NCBI GenBank assembly: GCA_946537515.1 | Contig: CAMNFV010000001.1 | Coordinates: 6,812 to 70,811 of the forward strand | Source: an uncultured Ruminococcus sp. | GTDB taxonomy: Bacteria; Bacillota; Clostridia; Oscillospirales; Ruminococcaceae | Direction: 5' to 3' | DNA: 64,000 bases | In this document: piece by piece, positions 34,905-43,311 of the stretch | How positions within the stretch are numbered: the first letter of the stretch is position 1 | Layout of the letters: each line of letters begins with the position of its first letter | Notes under the pieces: generated by a model | Told to the model about the DNA's origin: nothing | Databases searched by the model: none | Seen by the model: only the letters and a program-made list of their open reading frames with translations | Program-made: the position numbers and the translations under genes

Positions 34905-35822
34905 ATGGATGCAATTCAAAAACAGCTTTTGCAGGAGGTTGCTGACCTGCACGATATCCCGGAGGGTGCCTATAATCTCCGCGCAAACGGCGAGTCTGTC
35001 GGCAGAAAATCGACAGCAAATATCGAAATCATCTCCAAAACGGATGTCAGCGGCATTGATATCCGGATTAAGCCGAATACCAAGAAAGAGAGCGTGCATA
35101 TTCCGGTTGTTCTCAGCGAGAGCGGCCTGAAAGAAACCGTTTACAACGATTTCTATATCGGTGAAAACAGCGATGTGCTGATCGTTGCGGGCTGCGGGAT
35201 CGACAACTGCGGCACACAGGATTCCGAGCACGACGGCGTTCACCGCTTCTATATCGGCAAGAATGCAAAGATCCGCTATGTGGAAAAGCACTATGGCTCC
35301 GGCAGCGGCGACGGCAAGCGGATTCTGAATCCGCAGACCGAGGTCTATATGGAAGAAGGCAGCACCTGCGAAATGGAAATGGTGCAGATCAAGGGCGTTG
35401 ATTCTACCGAACGCACCACAATCGCGAAGCTCGCTGCCGATGCAAAACTGATCGTTCATGAGCGACTGATGACGCACGGTGAACAGCATGCGCTGAGCAT
35501 CTACAAGGTCGAACTCAACGGCGACGGCTCCAGCGCGGATGTTGTTTCCCGTTCTGTCGCAAGAGATCATTCCTATCAGAAACTGGATATGTGCATCTCC
35601 GGCAATGCTGCGTGCAGCGGTCATACGGAATGCGATTCCATTATCATGGATCACGGAACGATTCTGGCTGTTCCCTCTCTGGAAGCGAACAGTATTGATG
35701 CAGCGCTCGTTCATGAGGCTGCAATCGGAAAAATCGCCGGCGAACAGCTGACAAAGCTGATGACACTCGGTCTGACAGAGGCCGAGGCCGAAGAGCAGAT
35801 CATCAACGGATTCCTGAAATAA
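34905..35822 (+). CDS. SufB/SufD-family Fe-S assembly scaffold protein (short form)
   Basis: 305 aa. Beta-helix repeats. C-terminus HEAAIGKIAGEQLTKLMTLGLTEAEAEEQIINGFL, typical of SufB/D. Confidence 0.75.
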   Translation: MDAIQKQLLQEVADLHDIPEGAYNLRANGESVGRKSTANIEIISKTDVSGIDIRIKPNTKKESVHIPVVLSESGLKETVYNDFYIGENSDVLIVAGCGIDNCGTQDSEHDGVHRFYIGKNAKIRYVEKHYGSGSGDGKRILNPQTEVYMEEGSTCEMEMVQIKGVDSTERTTIAKLAADAKLIVHERLMTHGEQHALSIYKVELNGDGSSADVVSRSVARDHSYQKLDMCISGNAACSGHTECDSIIMDHGTILAVPSLEANSIDAALVHEAAIGKIAGEQLTKLMTLGLTEAEAEEQIINGFLK

Positions 35823-35825
35823 ACA

Positions 35826-35863
35826 AAAACTGCTGCGGTCAAAACGACTGCAGCAGTTTTTTT
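35826..35863 (+). terminator. Intrinsic terminator after the Suf-like genes
   Basis: AAAACTGCTGC-ggtcaaaacgac-TGCAGCAGTTTTTTT. Confidence 0.75.
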
Positions 35864-36021
35864 CGCATCGGAATGATTACTCCGATGACGCATCAAATTT
35901 CAGGAACCGTCCGAAGTTGCTTCATCGGTTCTGTGAGGCTATTATATCAGGAAAAACAAGAAAATGCAAGTGTTTCACTTAGATTGTAAATAGAATGTCA
36001 TGAAACTGACATATTGATTAC

Positions 36022-36058
36022 AAAAATGCCCCGAAGCATCTTTGTCACTTCGGGGCAT
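36022..36058 (-). terminator. Intrinsic terminator after prfC
   Basis: Minus strand reads ATGCCCCGAAG-tgacaaagatg-CTTCGGGGCAT followed by TTTT. Confidence 0.75.
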
Positions 36059-36091
36059 ATCTTCTATATGAGTATCGGACTGATTATTCCT

Positions 36092-37684
36092 TTAATTTTT
36101 ACTGAAATCGCGCAGTTCAAGGCCTTCGTTTCGCTCAAGCGCCCAGCGGATATTCCACTCACTCGTGAAGAGCAGCAGATACTGGTCACGGAAATCCTGC
36201 ACAAGCTTAGTATCTTCGCTGATGATAAGCTGCGGCTTTTTGTCGGTCGGGATGCCGCCGATCCAGCGAATATACTGATAGCTCAGCGGTTCGCGAATAA
36301 TCTCAACATTGTATTCCGTACGCATACGATGCTCGAAAACCTCGAATTGCAGCACGCCGACCACGCCGACGATGACTTCTTCCATACCGGTTTCCGGCTC
36401 ATGGAAAATCTGAATCGCACCTTCCTGCGCGATCTGCATAACGCCCTTGACGAACTGCTTGCGCTTCATGGTATCCTTATGACGCACGCGGGCAAAATGC
36501 TCCGGCGCAAAGGTCGGGATACCCTCAAAGCAAACCTTTTTGTTCGGCGCGCAGATTGTATCACCGATCGAGAAAATACCGGGATCAAACACACCGATGA
36601 TATCACCGGCAAATGCTTCGTCAATGATCTCACGGTTTTCCGCCATCATCATCTGCGGCTGCGAGAGGCGCATTTTCTTGTCGCCCTGTACATGATAGAC
36701 TTCCATATCGCGCGTAAACTTTCCGGAGCAGATGCGCAGGAATGTCACGCGGTCACGGTGTGCCTTATTCATATTCGCCTGAATCTTGAACACAAATGCA
36801 GAGAAGTTCTCATCGAACGGCGAAACCGTTTCACCGTCCGATGCAAGACGGGCAAGCGGCGGCGGTGTCAGTTCCAGAAAGCGCTTCAGGAACGGCTCGA
36901 CACCGAAATTCGTCAATGCGGAACCGAAGAATACCGGAGAAAGTTCACCGGAATGGATCGCCTTCAGATCAAAATCTTCGGATGCGCCGTCAAGGAGTTC
37001 AATATCCTCTGCAAGCTGCGCATGGTTGTCCTTGCCGATCAGATCTGCCAGCGCGGGATCATCCGGCGTAACCTCTGTCTTGGAAACGGTGTGCATTCCG
37101 CCCGTTCCCTCGAAAGAGAGAATGTGGCGTGTTTCCAGATCAAACACACCGCGGAAATCCTTGCCGCAGCCAATCGGCCAGTTGACCGCATAGGTCTTGA
37201 TGCCAAGCTCACGCTCGATCTCTTCCATAAGATCAAAGGGATTCTGTGCTTCGCGGTCCATTTTATTGATGAATGTGAAGATCGGGATATGCCGCATGAC
37301 ACAGACATGGAAGAGCTTTCTGGTCTGCGGTTCGACGCCCTTTGCTGCGTCAATGACCATAATCGCGGCATCGGCAGCCATCAGCGTGCGGTAGGTATCC
37401 TCCGAAAAATCCTGGTGTCCGGGTGTATCCAGGATATTGATGCAGCAGCCGTCATACTCAAACTGCATGACCGATGATGTGACCGAGATACCGCGCTGCT
37501 TTTCGATCTCCATCCAATCCGAGACAGCGTGGCGGGCATTCTTTTTTCCCTTAACTGCACCGGCCATTGCGATCGCACCGCCGTAGAGCAGCAGCTTTTC
37601 AGTCAATGTTGTTTTACCGGCGTCAGGGTGCGAAATAATCGCAAATGTTCTTCTGCGCCGGATTTCTTCCTCGATTGTAGGCAA
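36092..37684 (-). CDS. prfC: Peptide chain release factor 3 (GTPase)
   Basis: 530 aa. TTG start with GGAGGA 7 nt upstream. RRTFAIISHPDAGKTTLTEKLL, DTPGHQDF, NKMD. Confidence 0.9.
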   Translation of the reverse strand: MPTIEEEIRRRRTFAIISHPDAGKTTLTEKLLLYGGAIAMAGAVKGKKNARHAVSDWMEIEKQRGISVTSSVMQFEYDGCCINILDTPGHQDFSEDTYRTLMAADAAIMVIDAAKGVEPQTRKLFHVCVMRHIPIFTFINKMDREAQNPFDLMEEIERELGIKTYAVNWPIGCGKDFRGVFDLETRHILSFEGTGGMHTVSKTEVTPDDPALADLIGKDNHAQLAEDIELLDGASEDFDLKAIHSGELSPVFFGSALTNFGVEPFLKRFLELTPPPLARLASDGETVSPFDENFSAFVFKIQANMNKAHRDRVTFLRICSGKFTRDMEVYHVQGDKKMRLSQPQMMMAENREIIDEAFAGDIIGVFDPGIFSIGDTICAPNKKVCFEGIPTFAPEHFARVRHKDTMKRKQFVKGVMQIAQEGAIQIFHEPETGMEEVIVGVVGVLQFEVFEHRMRTEYNVEIIREPLSYQYIRWIGGIPTDKKPQLIISEDTKLVQDFRDQYLLLFTSEWNIRWALERNEGLELRDFSKN

Positions 37685-37775
37685 GCTGAATTCCTCCGTT
37701 CAGTTGAATCAAAGTCAGATTTGCATAACATTACTATTATATCATATTTCATCTGAAAATGCAAGTGCCCGCAGA

Positions 37776-37807
37776 CAAAAAACAGCCCGTATTCTGCATA
37801 CGGGCTG
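37776..37807 (-). terminator. Intrinsic terminator after the small Cys-rich ORF
   Basis: Minus strand reads CAGCCCGTAT-gcaga-ATACGGGCTG followed by TTTTTTG. Confidence 0.75.
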
Positions 37808-37814
37808 CAATCTT

Positions 37815-37985
37815 TTACTGTTTTCCGGCGATCTTGTATTCATCACCGTCGCGATAATACGGACAATGCGCATGAGAATCCTGCATGTACCTTGCATATT
37901 CATCCTCATCGAGATTCATCTCGCAGACATAGCACTCCCAGTCATCATCATAGGCATTGTAGGCACAGGTATCACACTCATTCAT
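37815..37985 (-). CDS. Small Cys-rich protein (56 aa), DUF6472-like zinc-ribbon candidate
   Basis: Not in the ORF track (under 60 aa). GGGGGAAC RBS 5 nt before ATG 37985. Sequence: MNECDTCAYNAYDDDWECYVCEMNLDEDEYARYMQDSHAHCPYYRDGDEYKIAGKQ. Starts 22 nt after the asnB-like stop and is followed by a terminator. Confidence 0.6.
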   Translation of the reverse strand: MNECDTCAYNAYDDDWECYVCEMNLDEDEYARYMQDSHAHCPYYRDGDEYKIAGKQ

Positions 37986-38007
37986 CAGAGTTCCCCCGTT
38001 TCATTCA

Positions 38008-39546
38008 TCAGCGTTTGACAAAATACTCCTCATACCAGACAAGGAAGGTATAGATCGTCCAGATCTTGCGCCAGAGATCAGAATTTCCGCCGACATATTC
38101 CTCATAAATCGCACGAACCTCATCCGGCTTGAAGAATTTTGCACAGATATCACTGCCGAGCAGTCTGCGGACATCGCCGTTATACTGCTCATCGGCAAGC
38201 CACAGGCGGATCGGAACAATAAAGCCGAGCTTCTTGCGGAATGCAATTTCCTCCGGCAGAACCTTTGCCGCAGCGGTACGGAATGCAACTTTATTCTGTT
38301 CCTCATTGACCTTGAACTTCGACGGCATCCGCGATGCAATGTCAAAGATGCGGCGATCCGTCAGCGGCATCCGGATCTCAAGCCCGGCAGCCGTACTCAT
38401 CTTATCGACATTCAGATAGATATCGCCTTCCAGCCAGATCTGAATATCGACATCGGACATTTTCGTCAGCGGATCAAGCCCCTCGGTCTCCTCATAAATG
38501 TGCTGCACAAGCTTAATCGGCAGCACCTCCGGGTCATAATGCTGCAAAATCCGCTCTTTCTCATCTTCCTTCATGATGTTGGTATTGCCGACATAGAAGG
38601 TCTTGAGATTGTCGCCGTAGCGCTCTGCATTGCGGTACATATTGTAACCGCCGAAGAATTCATCCGCACCCTCGCCGGAATAACAAAGCTTCGTGTGCTC
38701 TGCCGTTGCATTGCAGCCGAGTGTAAATACGATTGCAGATGCATCACCGAGCGGCTGCTCCATATTGTACATCACATACGGAACGATGTCAAAATACTGC
38801 TGCGGCGTGATCTTCGCAACAGAATGTTCCACGCCAAGCAGTTCGGCTGTCTTTGACGCAATCCGCGATTCATCGAAGCGCTCCTCATCATAGCCGCAGG
38901 AATCCGCGCGCTTTGCATCGGACATTGCCAGCACATAGGACGAATCCACACCGCCGGACAGGAAGGATTCAGCCGTCTCATCCGGTGTCTTGACCTCCTG
39001 CATCATCAGCTGAAGCGTCGCATGGATCTCATCTGCAAATTCGTCGAGCGATTTGCTGTTATCCGGGTGAAACTCCGGCTTCCAGTATCGCGTCAGGCTG
39101 ATTTTTCCGTTCTGAAATTCAAGCAGACAGCCGGGCATCAGCTTCTTGACACCCTTGAAAAATGTATCCTCACCTGCCACATAAGTCAGCGTCAGGTAGA
39201 TCTGAAGCATACTCTCATTGAGTTCCTTGACAAAGCCTTCCTGCGAAAGGATCTCGCGGATCATCGTACCGTAGAGCAGTCTGCCGTCTGCGGTCTGATA
39301 ATAATAGAACGGCTTGGTGCCGAACTGATCGCGGATGCAGATCAGCTTATCCGCTTCCGTATCATAAAGCGCGAATGCGAACATGCCGTAAAGATGATCC
39401 GGCAGCGCATTGCCCCAGGTCTCATAGCCCTTGATCAGGATCGCCTGCTCCCGCTCTTCACGGGAAAGCGTCTTGTCAATCGAGAGCTCTGTGCAGAGCG
39501 CTTCCCAGTTGCGGATGTGACCGCGGTAAGTTTTCAGTTGAATCAT
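38008..39546 (-). CDS. Asparagine synthase (AsnB) family protein lacking the N-terminal glutaminase nucleophile
   Basis: 512 aa. Begins MIQLKTYRGHIRNWEAL and aligns by eye to E. coli AsnB from about residue 70 (...GMFAFALYD). PP-loop SFLSGGVDSS is present. It has its own promoter and RBS (ACGGAG). Confidence 0.8.
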   Translation of the reverse strand: MIQLKTYRGHIRNWEALCTELSIDKTLSREEREQAILIKGYETWGNALPDHLYGMFAFALYDTEADKLICIRDQFGTKPFYYYQTADGRLLYGTMIREILSQEGFVKELNESMLQIYLTLTYVAGEDTFFKGVKKLMPGCLLEFQNGKISLTRYWKPEFHPDNSKSLDEFADEIHATLQLMMQEVKTPDETAESFLSGGVDSSYVLAMSDAKRADSCGYDEERFDESRIASKTAELLGVEHSVAKITPQQYFDIVPYVMYNMEQPLGDASAIVFTLGCNATAEHTKLCYSGEGADEFFGGYNMYRNAERYGDNLKTFYVGNTNIMKEDEKERILQHYDPEVLPIKLVQHIYEETEGLDPLTKMSDVDIQIWLEGDIYLNVDKMSTAAGLEIRMPLTDRRIFDIASRMPSKFKVNEEQNKVAFRTAAAKVLPEEIAFRKKLGFIVPIRLWLADEQYNGDVRRLLGSDICAKFFKPDEVRAIYEEYVGGNSDLWRKIWTIYTFLVWYEEYFVKR

Positions 39547-39613
39547 AAAGATACTCCGTTCCGTGCGGTGGGTGTCTTTTGCCGCACTTTTGATATATAT
39601 GCGTGATAGTTAT

Positions 39614-39642
39614 ATTATATCACACCGGACGTAAAATTGCAA
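39614..39642 (-). promoter_or_regulatory. SigA-type promoter of the asnB-like gene
   Basis: Minus strand reads TTGCAA (39642-39637), 17-nt spacer, TATAAT (39619-39614). Confidence 0.55.
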
Positions 39643-39669
39643 TAAATTCCAAATGAAAAAAACGACTTC

Positions 39670-39713
39670 TGCAAATCAGAATGAAAGGCGCCCCTGCTGA
39701 AACAAAGGCGCCT
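39670..39713 (-). terminator. Terminator after the acyl-CoA synthetase fusion gene
   Basis: Minus strand reads AGGCGCC-tttgtttcagcagg-GGCGCCT followed by TTCATTCTGATTT. Confidence 0.55.
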
Positions 39714-39718
39714 GAAAA

Positions 39719-42055
39719 TTATTTCTGATATTTTGCCTTATCCATTTCACGGATCGCTGCACGGCGGATCTTGCCGCTGCCGACCGTCTTCGGCAGTTCG
39801 TCAACGAACTCCACGACACGCGGATACTTATAGGGCGCAGTTCCCTTCTTGACATAATCCTGAATATCCTTGACAAGCGCATCCGAAGGAACCGTCCCTT
39901 TCGTCAGAACAATCGTCGCCTTGACAACCTGTCCGCGAATCTCATCCGGGACACCGGTTACAGCGCATTCCAGAACATACGGCAGTTCCATAAGCACGCT
40001 CTCGATCTCGAACGGTCCGATCCGGTAGCCGGAAGACTTGATGACATCATCGACACGGCCGACATACCAGAAATAACCGTCTTCATCGACCCATGCGGTA
40101 TCGCCGGTATGATAGTAGCCGTCACGCCAGGTTTCTTCGGTGGTTTCCTTGTCGCCGTAGTAGCAGAGTGCAAGACCGGGAACACCTTCCGGCTTCAGCT
40201 TGATGCAGATCTCGCCGGTCTCACCGACAGCCGCCGGTGTGCCGTCCGGCAGAAGCACCTGCACATCATACTGCGGATTCGGTCTGCCCATGCTGCCGGG
40301 CTTGGGCTCCATACCGACGACATTCGCGATCGAAAGCGTCGTTTCGGTCTGACCAAAGCCCTCCATCAGCTTGAGGCCGGTTGCACGCTGGAACTGATAG
40401 AATACTTCCGGATTCAGCGCTTCACCTGCGATGCAGGCATATTTCAGCGAAGAGAGATCATATCTGCCGAGATCTTCCTTGATGAAGAAGCGGTACATGG
40501 TCGGCGGTGCGCAGAACGATGTAACATGATACTTCTTGAACATCGGCAGGATATCGTCTGCATGGAAGCGGTCGAAATCATAGACAAATACAGCAGATTC
40601 GCACATCCACTGACCGTAAAGCTTGCCCCAGAGGGCCTTGCCCCAGCCGGTATCAGAGATTGTGAAGTGCAGGCCGTTCGGATCGGCATTCTGCCAGTAA
40701 CGGGCCGTGACATAGTGACCGAGCGGATACTGATAGCTGTGCAGCACGAGCTTCGGGTTGCCGGAAGTACCGGAACTGAAGAAGATCAGCATCGGATCGG
40801 TGCCGCAGGGTGTTTCCGCAGTCCGTGCGAAATGTGTACTGTATGCCGGGAGCTCTGCATTGAAGTCATGCCAGCCCTCGCGCTGACCGTTGACCAGCAC
40901 TTTCGTTTTCAGCGACGGACAGTTTGCAGCAGCCAGATCGACCTCATTTGCGACATCGCCGTCCGCGGTACAAACGATCGCTGAAACCTCTGCGGAATTG
41001 AATCTGTATTCAAAATCATGCTTCTTGAGCATATTGGATGCCGGGATGGCCAGCGCGCCGATGCGGTGCAGCGCGACAATCGAGAACCAGAACTGGAAGT
41101 GCCGCTTCAGAACGAGCATGACGCGGTCGCCCTTCTTGATACCGAGCGACTTGAAATAGTTTGCCGTCTGGCAGGAATACTTTTTGATATCCTTGAAGGT
41201 GAAGCGGCGCTCATTATGATTGACATCGACATAGATCATCGCGGTTTTATCCGGACATTTCTCAGCCATTGCATCGACAATATCGAATGCGAAGTTGAAC
41301 TCATCCTGATGCTCAAAATGTACGCCGCTGAGGATGCCTTCCTCATTTGTTTCGCAGGTGACGAACTTCTCTGCGACCGGATGCATCAGGCCTGCCTTAT
41401 CGACATTGGTCGAATGATGCTCCGCTACATGCTCATGATACTCAGAAAGACCGGTTGTGCCGTGCGGCGCCATGACAAATGCATAGATCTCACAGTCTTC
41501 ACCGCCGAGTGCAACCTCATCATGCGGCATGGAGCTGTCATAGTAAATGCAGTCTCCTTCGTGCAGAATCTCGGTATGTGAGCCGACGATCATACGCAGC
41601 GTGCCCTTGAGGACGATATCCATTTCCTGACCCGCATGACTTGCAAGGTGAAGCGGCTTGGAAAGTGCTTCCTCGGAATACGGGATCACAACATGAAAAG
41701 GCTCAACGGTCTTGTTCTTGAATTTCGATGCAAGGCGGTTATAGACAAAGCCCTCTCTGCGGACAATCGGCACACCCTCGCCCTTTCTGGTAACGGTATA
41801 GCCGCTCAGCTCCGGGCTGCTGCCTTCCATCAGTTCCGAAATCTCAACATGAAACGCATTTGCGCATTTATAGATAAACGTAAAGCTGAAATCCTTTTCG
41901 CCGGATTCAAACTTCTTGTAGTCCTCAACGGAATAATCCGTTTTCGCAGCCATTTCCTCAACAGAAATACCGAGATCCTCACGCAGACGCGCAATTCGCT
42001 CTGCAACCTCTTTGATTCTGGCTTCGGCATTCTGAAGGTTCTTCTGGTCGCTCAT
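39719..42055 (-). CDS. Fusion protein: XRE-type HTH + cupin domain + AMP-forming (medium/short-chain) acyl-CoA synthetase
   Basis: ORF 39719-42151, trimmed to ATG 42055 (GGAGAG RBS). HTH: RIARLREDLGISVEEMAAKTDYSVEDYKKFESGEK. Cupin: HAGQEMDIVLKGTLRMIVGSHTEILHEGDCIYYDSSMPH. AMP-binding cores: FFSSGTSGNPKLV, YHTGDTAWVDEDGYFWYVGRVDDVIKSSGYRIGPFEIES and LPKTVGSGKIRR. Confidence 0.85.
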   Translation of the reverse strand: MSDQKNLQNAEARIKEVAERIARLREDLGISVEEMAAKTDYSVEDYKKFESGEKDFSFTFIYKCANAFHVEISELMEGSSPELSGYTVTRKGEGVPIVRREGFVYNRLASKFKNKTVEPFHVVIPYSEEALSKPLHLASHAGQEMDIVLKGTLRMIVGSHTEILHEGDCIYYDSSMPHDEVALGGEDCEIYAFVMAPHGTTGLSEYHEHVAEHHSTNVDKAGLMHPVAEKFVTCETNEEGILSGVHFEHQDEFNFAFDIVDAMAEKCPDKTAMIYVDVNHNERRFTFKDIKKYSCQTANYFKSLGIKKGDRVMLVLKRHFQFWFSIVALHRIGALAIPASNMLKKHDFEYRFNSAEVSAIVCTADGDVANEVDLAAANCPSLKTKVLVNGQREGWHDFNAELPAYSTHFARTAETPCGTDPMLIFFSSGTSGNPKLVLHSYQYPLGHYVTARYWQNADPNGLHFTISDTGWGKALWGKLYGQWMCESAVFVYDFDRFHADDILPMFKKYHVTSFCAPPTMYRFFIKEDLGRYDLSSLKYACIAGEALNPEVFYQFQRATGLKLMEGFGQTETTLSIANVVGMEPKPGSMGRPNPQYDVQVLLPDGTPAAVGETGEICIKLKPEGVPGLALCYYGDKETTEETWRDGYYHTGDTAWVDEDGYFWYVGRVDDVIKSSGYRIGPFEIESVLMELPYVLECAVTGVPDEIRGQVVKATIVLTKGTVPSDALVKDIQDYVKKGTAPYKYPRVVEFVDELPKTVGSGKIRRAAIREMDKAKYQK

Positions 42056-42073
42056 TGAAATCTCTCCTATCCT

Positions 42074-42352
42074 AAAAAAATAAAAAACCCGTCCCAAAGA
42101 AAAATCTTTGAGACGAGTATCATCCAAATGATTACCCGCGGTACCACTCAAATTGTGCCGCTATTGCGTAACACCACTTTCAGGTTCCAACAAACCCTAT
42201 TCTTTCACGCAGACTCACGGGAACGCTTACTTTGACCATTCAGCGCTCCGGCTCAGAAGGGATACACAGCATTGCATGACACCGGCTCACACCACCCGCC
42301 GGCTCTCTGAAGACATTGGCAATCCTCTGCTTGGCTTCCTCATTGCCTTTCG
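42074..42352 (-). promoter_or_regulatory. T-box leader (tRNA-sensing transcription attenuator), probable specifier AUC (Ile)
   Basis: Minus strand shows the following. K-turn GGC-AAUGAG-GAAG / CUUC-UGA-GCC. AGAGAG bulge. Distal hairpin CCGGC-GGGUGGUGUGA-GCCGG. Stem II GGAGCGCU..AGCGUUCC. T-box AAUUUGAGUGGUACCGCGGG (42154-42135). Terminator CUCGUCUCAAAG-auuuuu-CUUUGGGACGGG followed by U6AU7 (42117-42074). An alternative antiterminator pairing is UUUGAG/CUCAAA. Confidence 0.8.
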
Positions 42353-42358
42353 ATGTGT

Positions 42359-42387
42359 ATTGTATCACAAAAAATTTTATTTGTCAA
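42359..42387 (-). promoter_or_regulatory. SigA-type promoter of the T-box leader
   Basis: Minus strand reads TTGACA (42387-42382), 17-nt spacer, TACAAT (42364-42359), directly after the nth stop codon. Confidence 0.7.
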
Positions 42388-42395
42388 GCCCTTTT

Positions 42396-43046
42396 TCAAA
42401 TTTTCTTGGGGATTTTCGTAAATTCGGGATTGACGCAAAATGATTTCAGCGGACAATCCGCGCATTTCGGATTCCTGGCCGTACAGGTATCGCGGCCGAA
42501 CAGCACGATCTGATGACAATACCGCGATGAACGATCCGGCGGCAGAATCTTCCGCAGATCCTCTTCCACATGCTCCGGTGCATGACGTTTTGTCAGGCCG
42601 AGGCGGCCGGAAATCCGGATGCAATGCGTATCCGTCACAACTGAAGACTGCCCGTATACATCGCCGAGCAGCAGATTTGCCGTCTTGCGCCCGATGCCGG
42701 AAAGCGTCAGCAGATCGTCCATATTGTCCGGCACCTTTCCGCCGTATACATCACGCACACGCTGGCACATCTCCTTGATGCTCTTTGCCTTTGCGCGGTA
42801 GAATCCGCAGGGCTTGACCGCGTTTTCGAGCGCCGTAATATCCGCATCCGCGAAGGAATCCAGCGTCGGGAATTCGCGGAACAGATCCTTTGTTACGATA
42901 TTGACGCGCGCATCGGTACACTGCGCCGAAAGCCGCGTTGCGATCATCAGCTGATAGGGCTCGTCATATTCCAGCGAGCATTTTGCATCCGGATAGACCG
43001 TATCGAGAATATCGCAGATCTGTTCAGCCTTGTCTTTCAGTTTCAT
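42396..43046 (-). CDS. nth: Endonuclease III (DNA glycosylase/AP lyase)
   Basis: 216 aa. HhH-GPD LLTLSGIGRKTANLLLG and the 4Fe-4S cluster CTARNPKCADCPLKSFC. Confidence 0.9.
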   Translation of the reverse strand: MKLKDKAEQICDILDTVYPDAKCSLEYDEPYQLMIATRLSAQCTDARVNIVTKDLFREFPTLDSFADADITALENAVKPCGFYRAKAKSIKEMCQRVRDVYGGKVPDNMDDLLTLSGIGRKTANLLLGDVYGQSSVVTDTHCIRISGRLGLTKRHAPEHVEEDLRKILPPDRSSRYCHQIVLFGRDTCTARNPKCADCPLKSFCVNPEFTKIPKKI

Positions 43047-43234
43047 CTTGATCCCTCGTTTTTATCGCGGCAGAACGTGATGACCATATTGCTGCGGATA
43101 TCCTTGTTCGCATCAAATGCGACCGATACGACTTCCCAGCCGTCCTGTGCCTCCGAAGCCATGACGCCCTCTGCATAGGTATAATCGTTTTTGATATTTC
43201 TGCGTTCAATTTCAATAATCTTATACTCTTTCAT
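43043..43234 (-). CDS. DUF4177-like small protein
   Basis: 63 aa. MKEYKIIEIE...ASEAQDGWEVVSVAF. GAGGAGG RBS. The stop overlaps the nth start (ATGA). Confidence 0.6.
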   Translation of the reverse strand: MKEYKIIEIERRNIKNDYTYAEGVMASEAQDGWEVVSVAFDANKDIRSNMVITFCRDKNEGSR

Positions 43235-43311
43235 TTCGGAGCCTCCTCACTTGACATCCTGAAGATTTCGTGGTATCATTACACCAGAACATTCACAAGG
43301 AGTTGTCACAT

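Noticed and set aside
42260-42270. UGU (Cys) or UAU (Tyr) as the T-box specifier instead of AUC
   Set aside because: - UGU-A is present in the loop, but the T-box bulge reads UGGU (discriminator A) whereas tRNA-Cys carries U73.
- UAU is not in the canonical position next to the helix.
- Both are kept only as alternatives in the finding.
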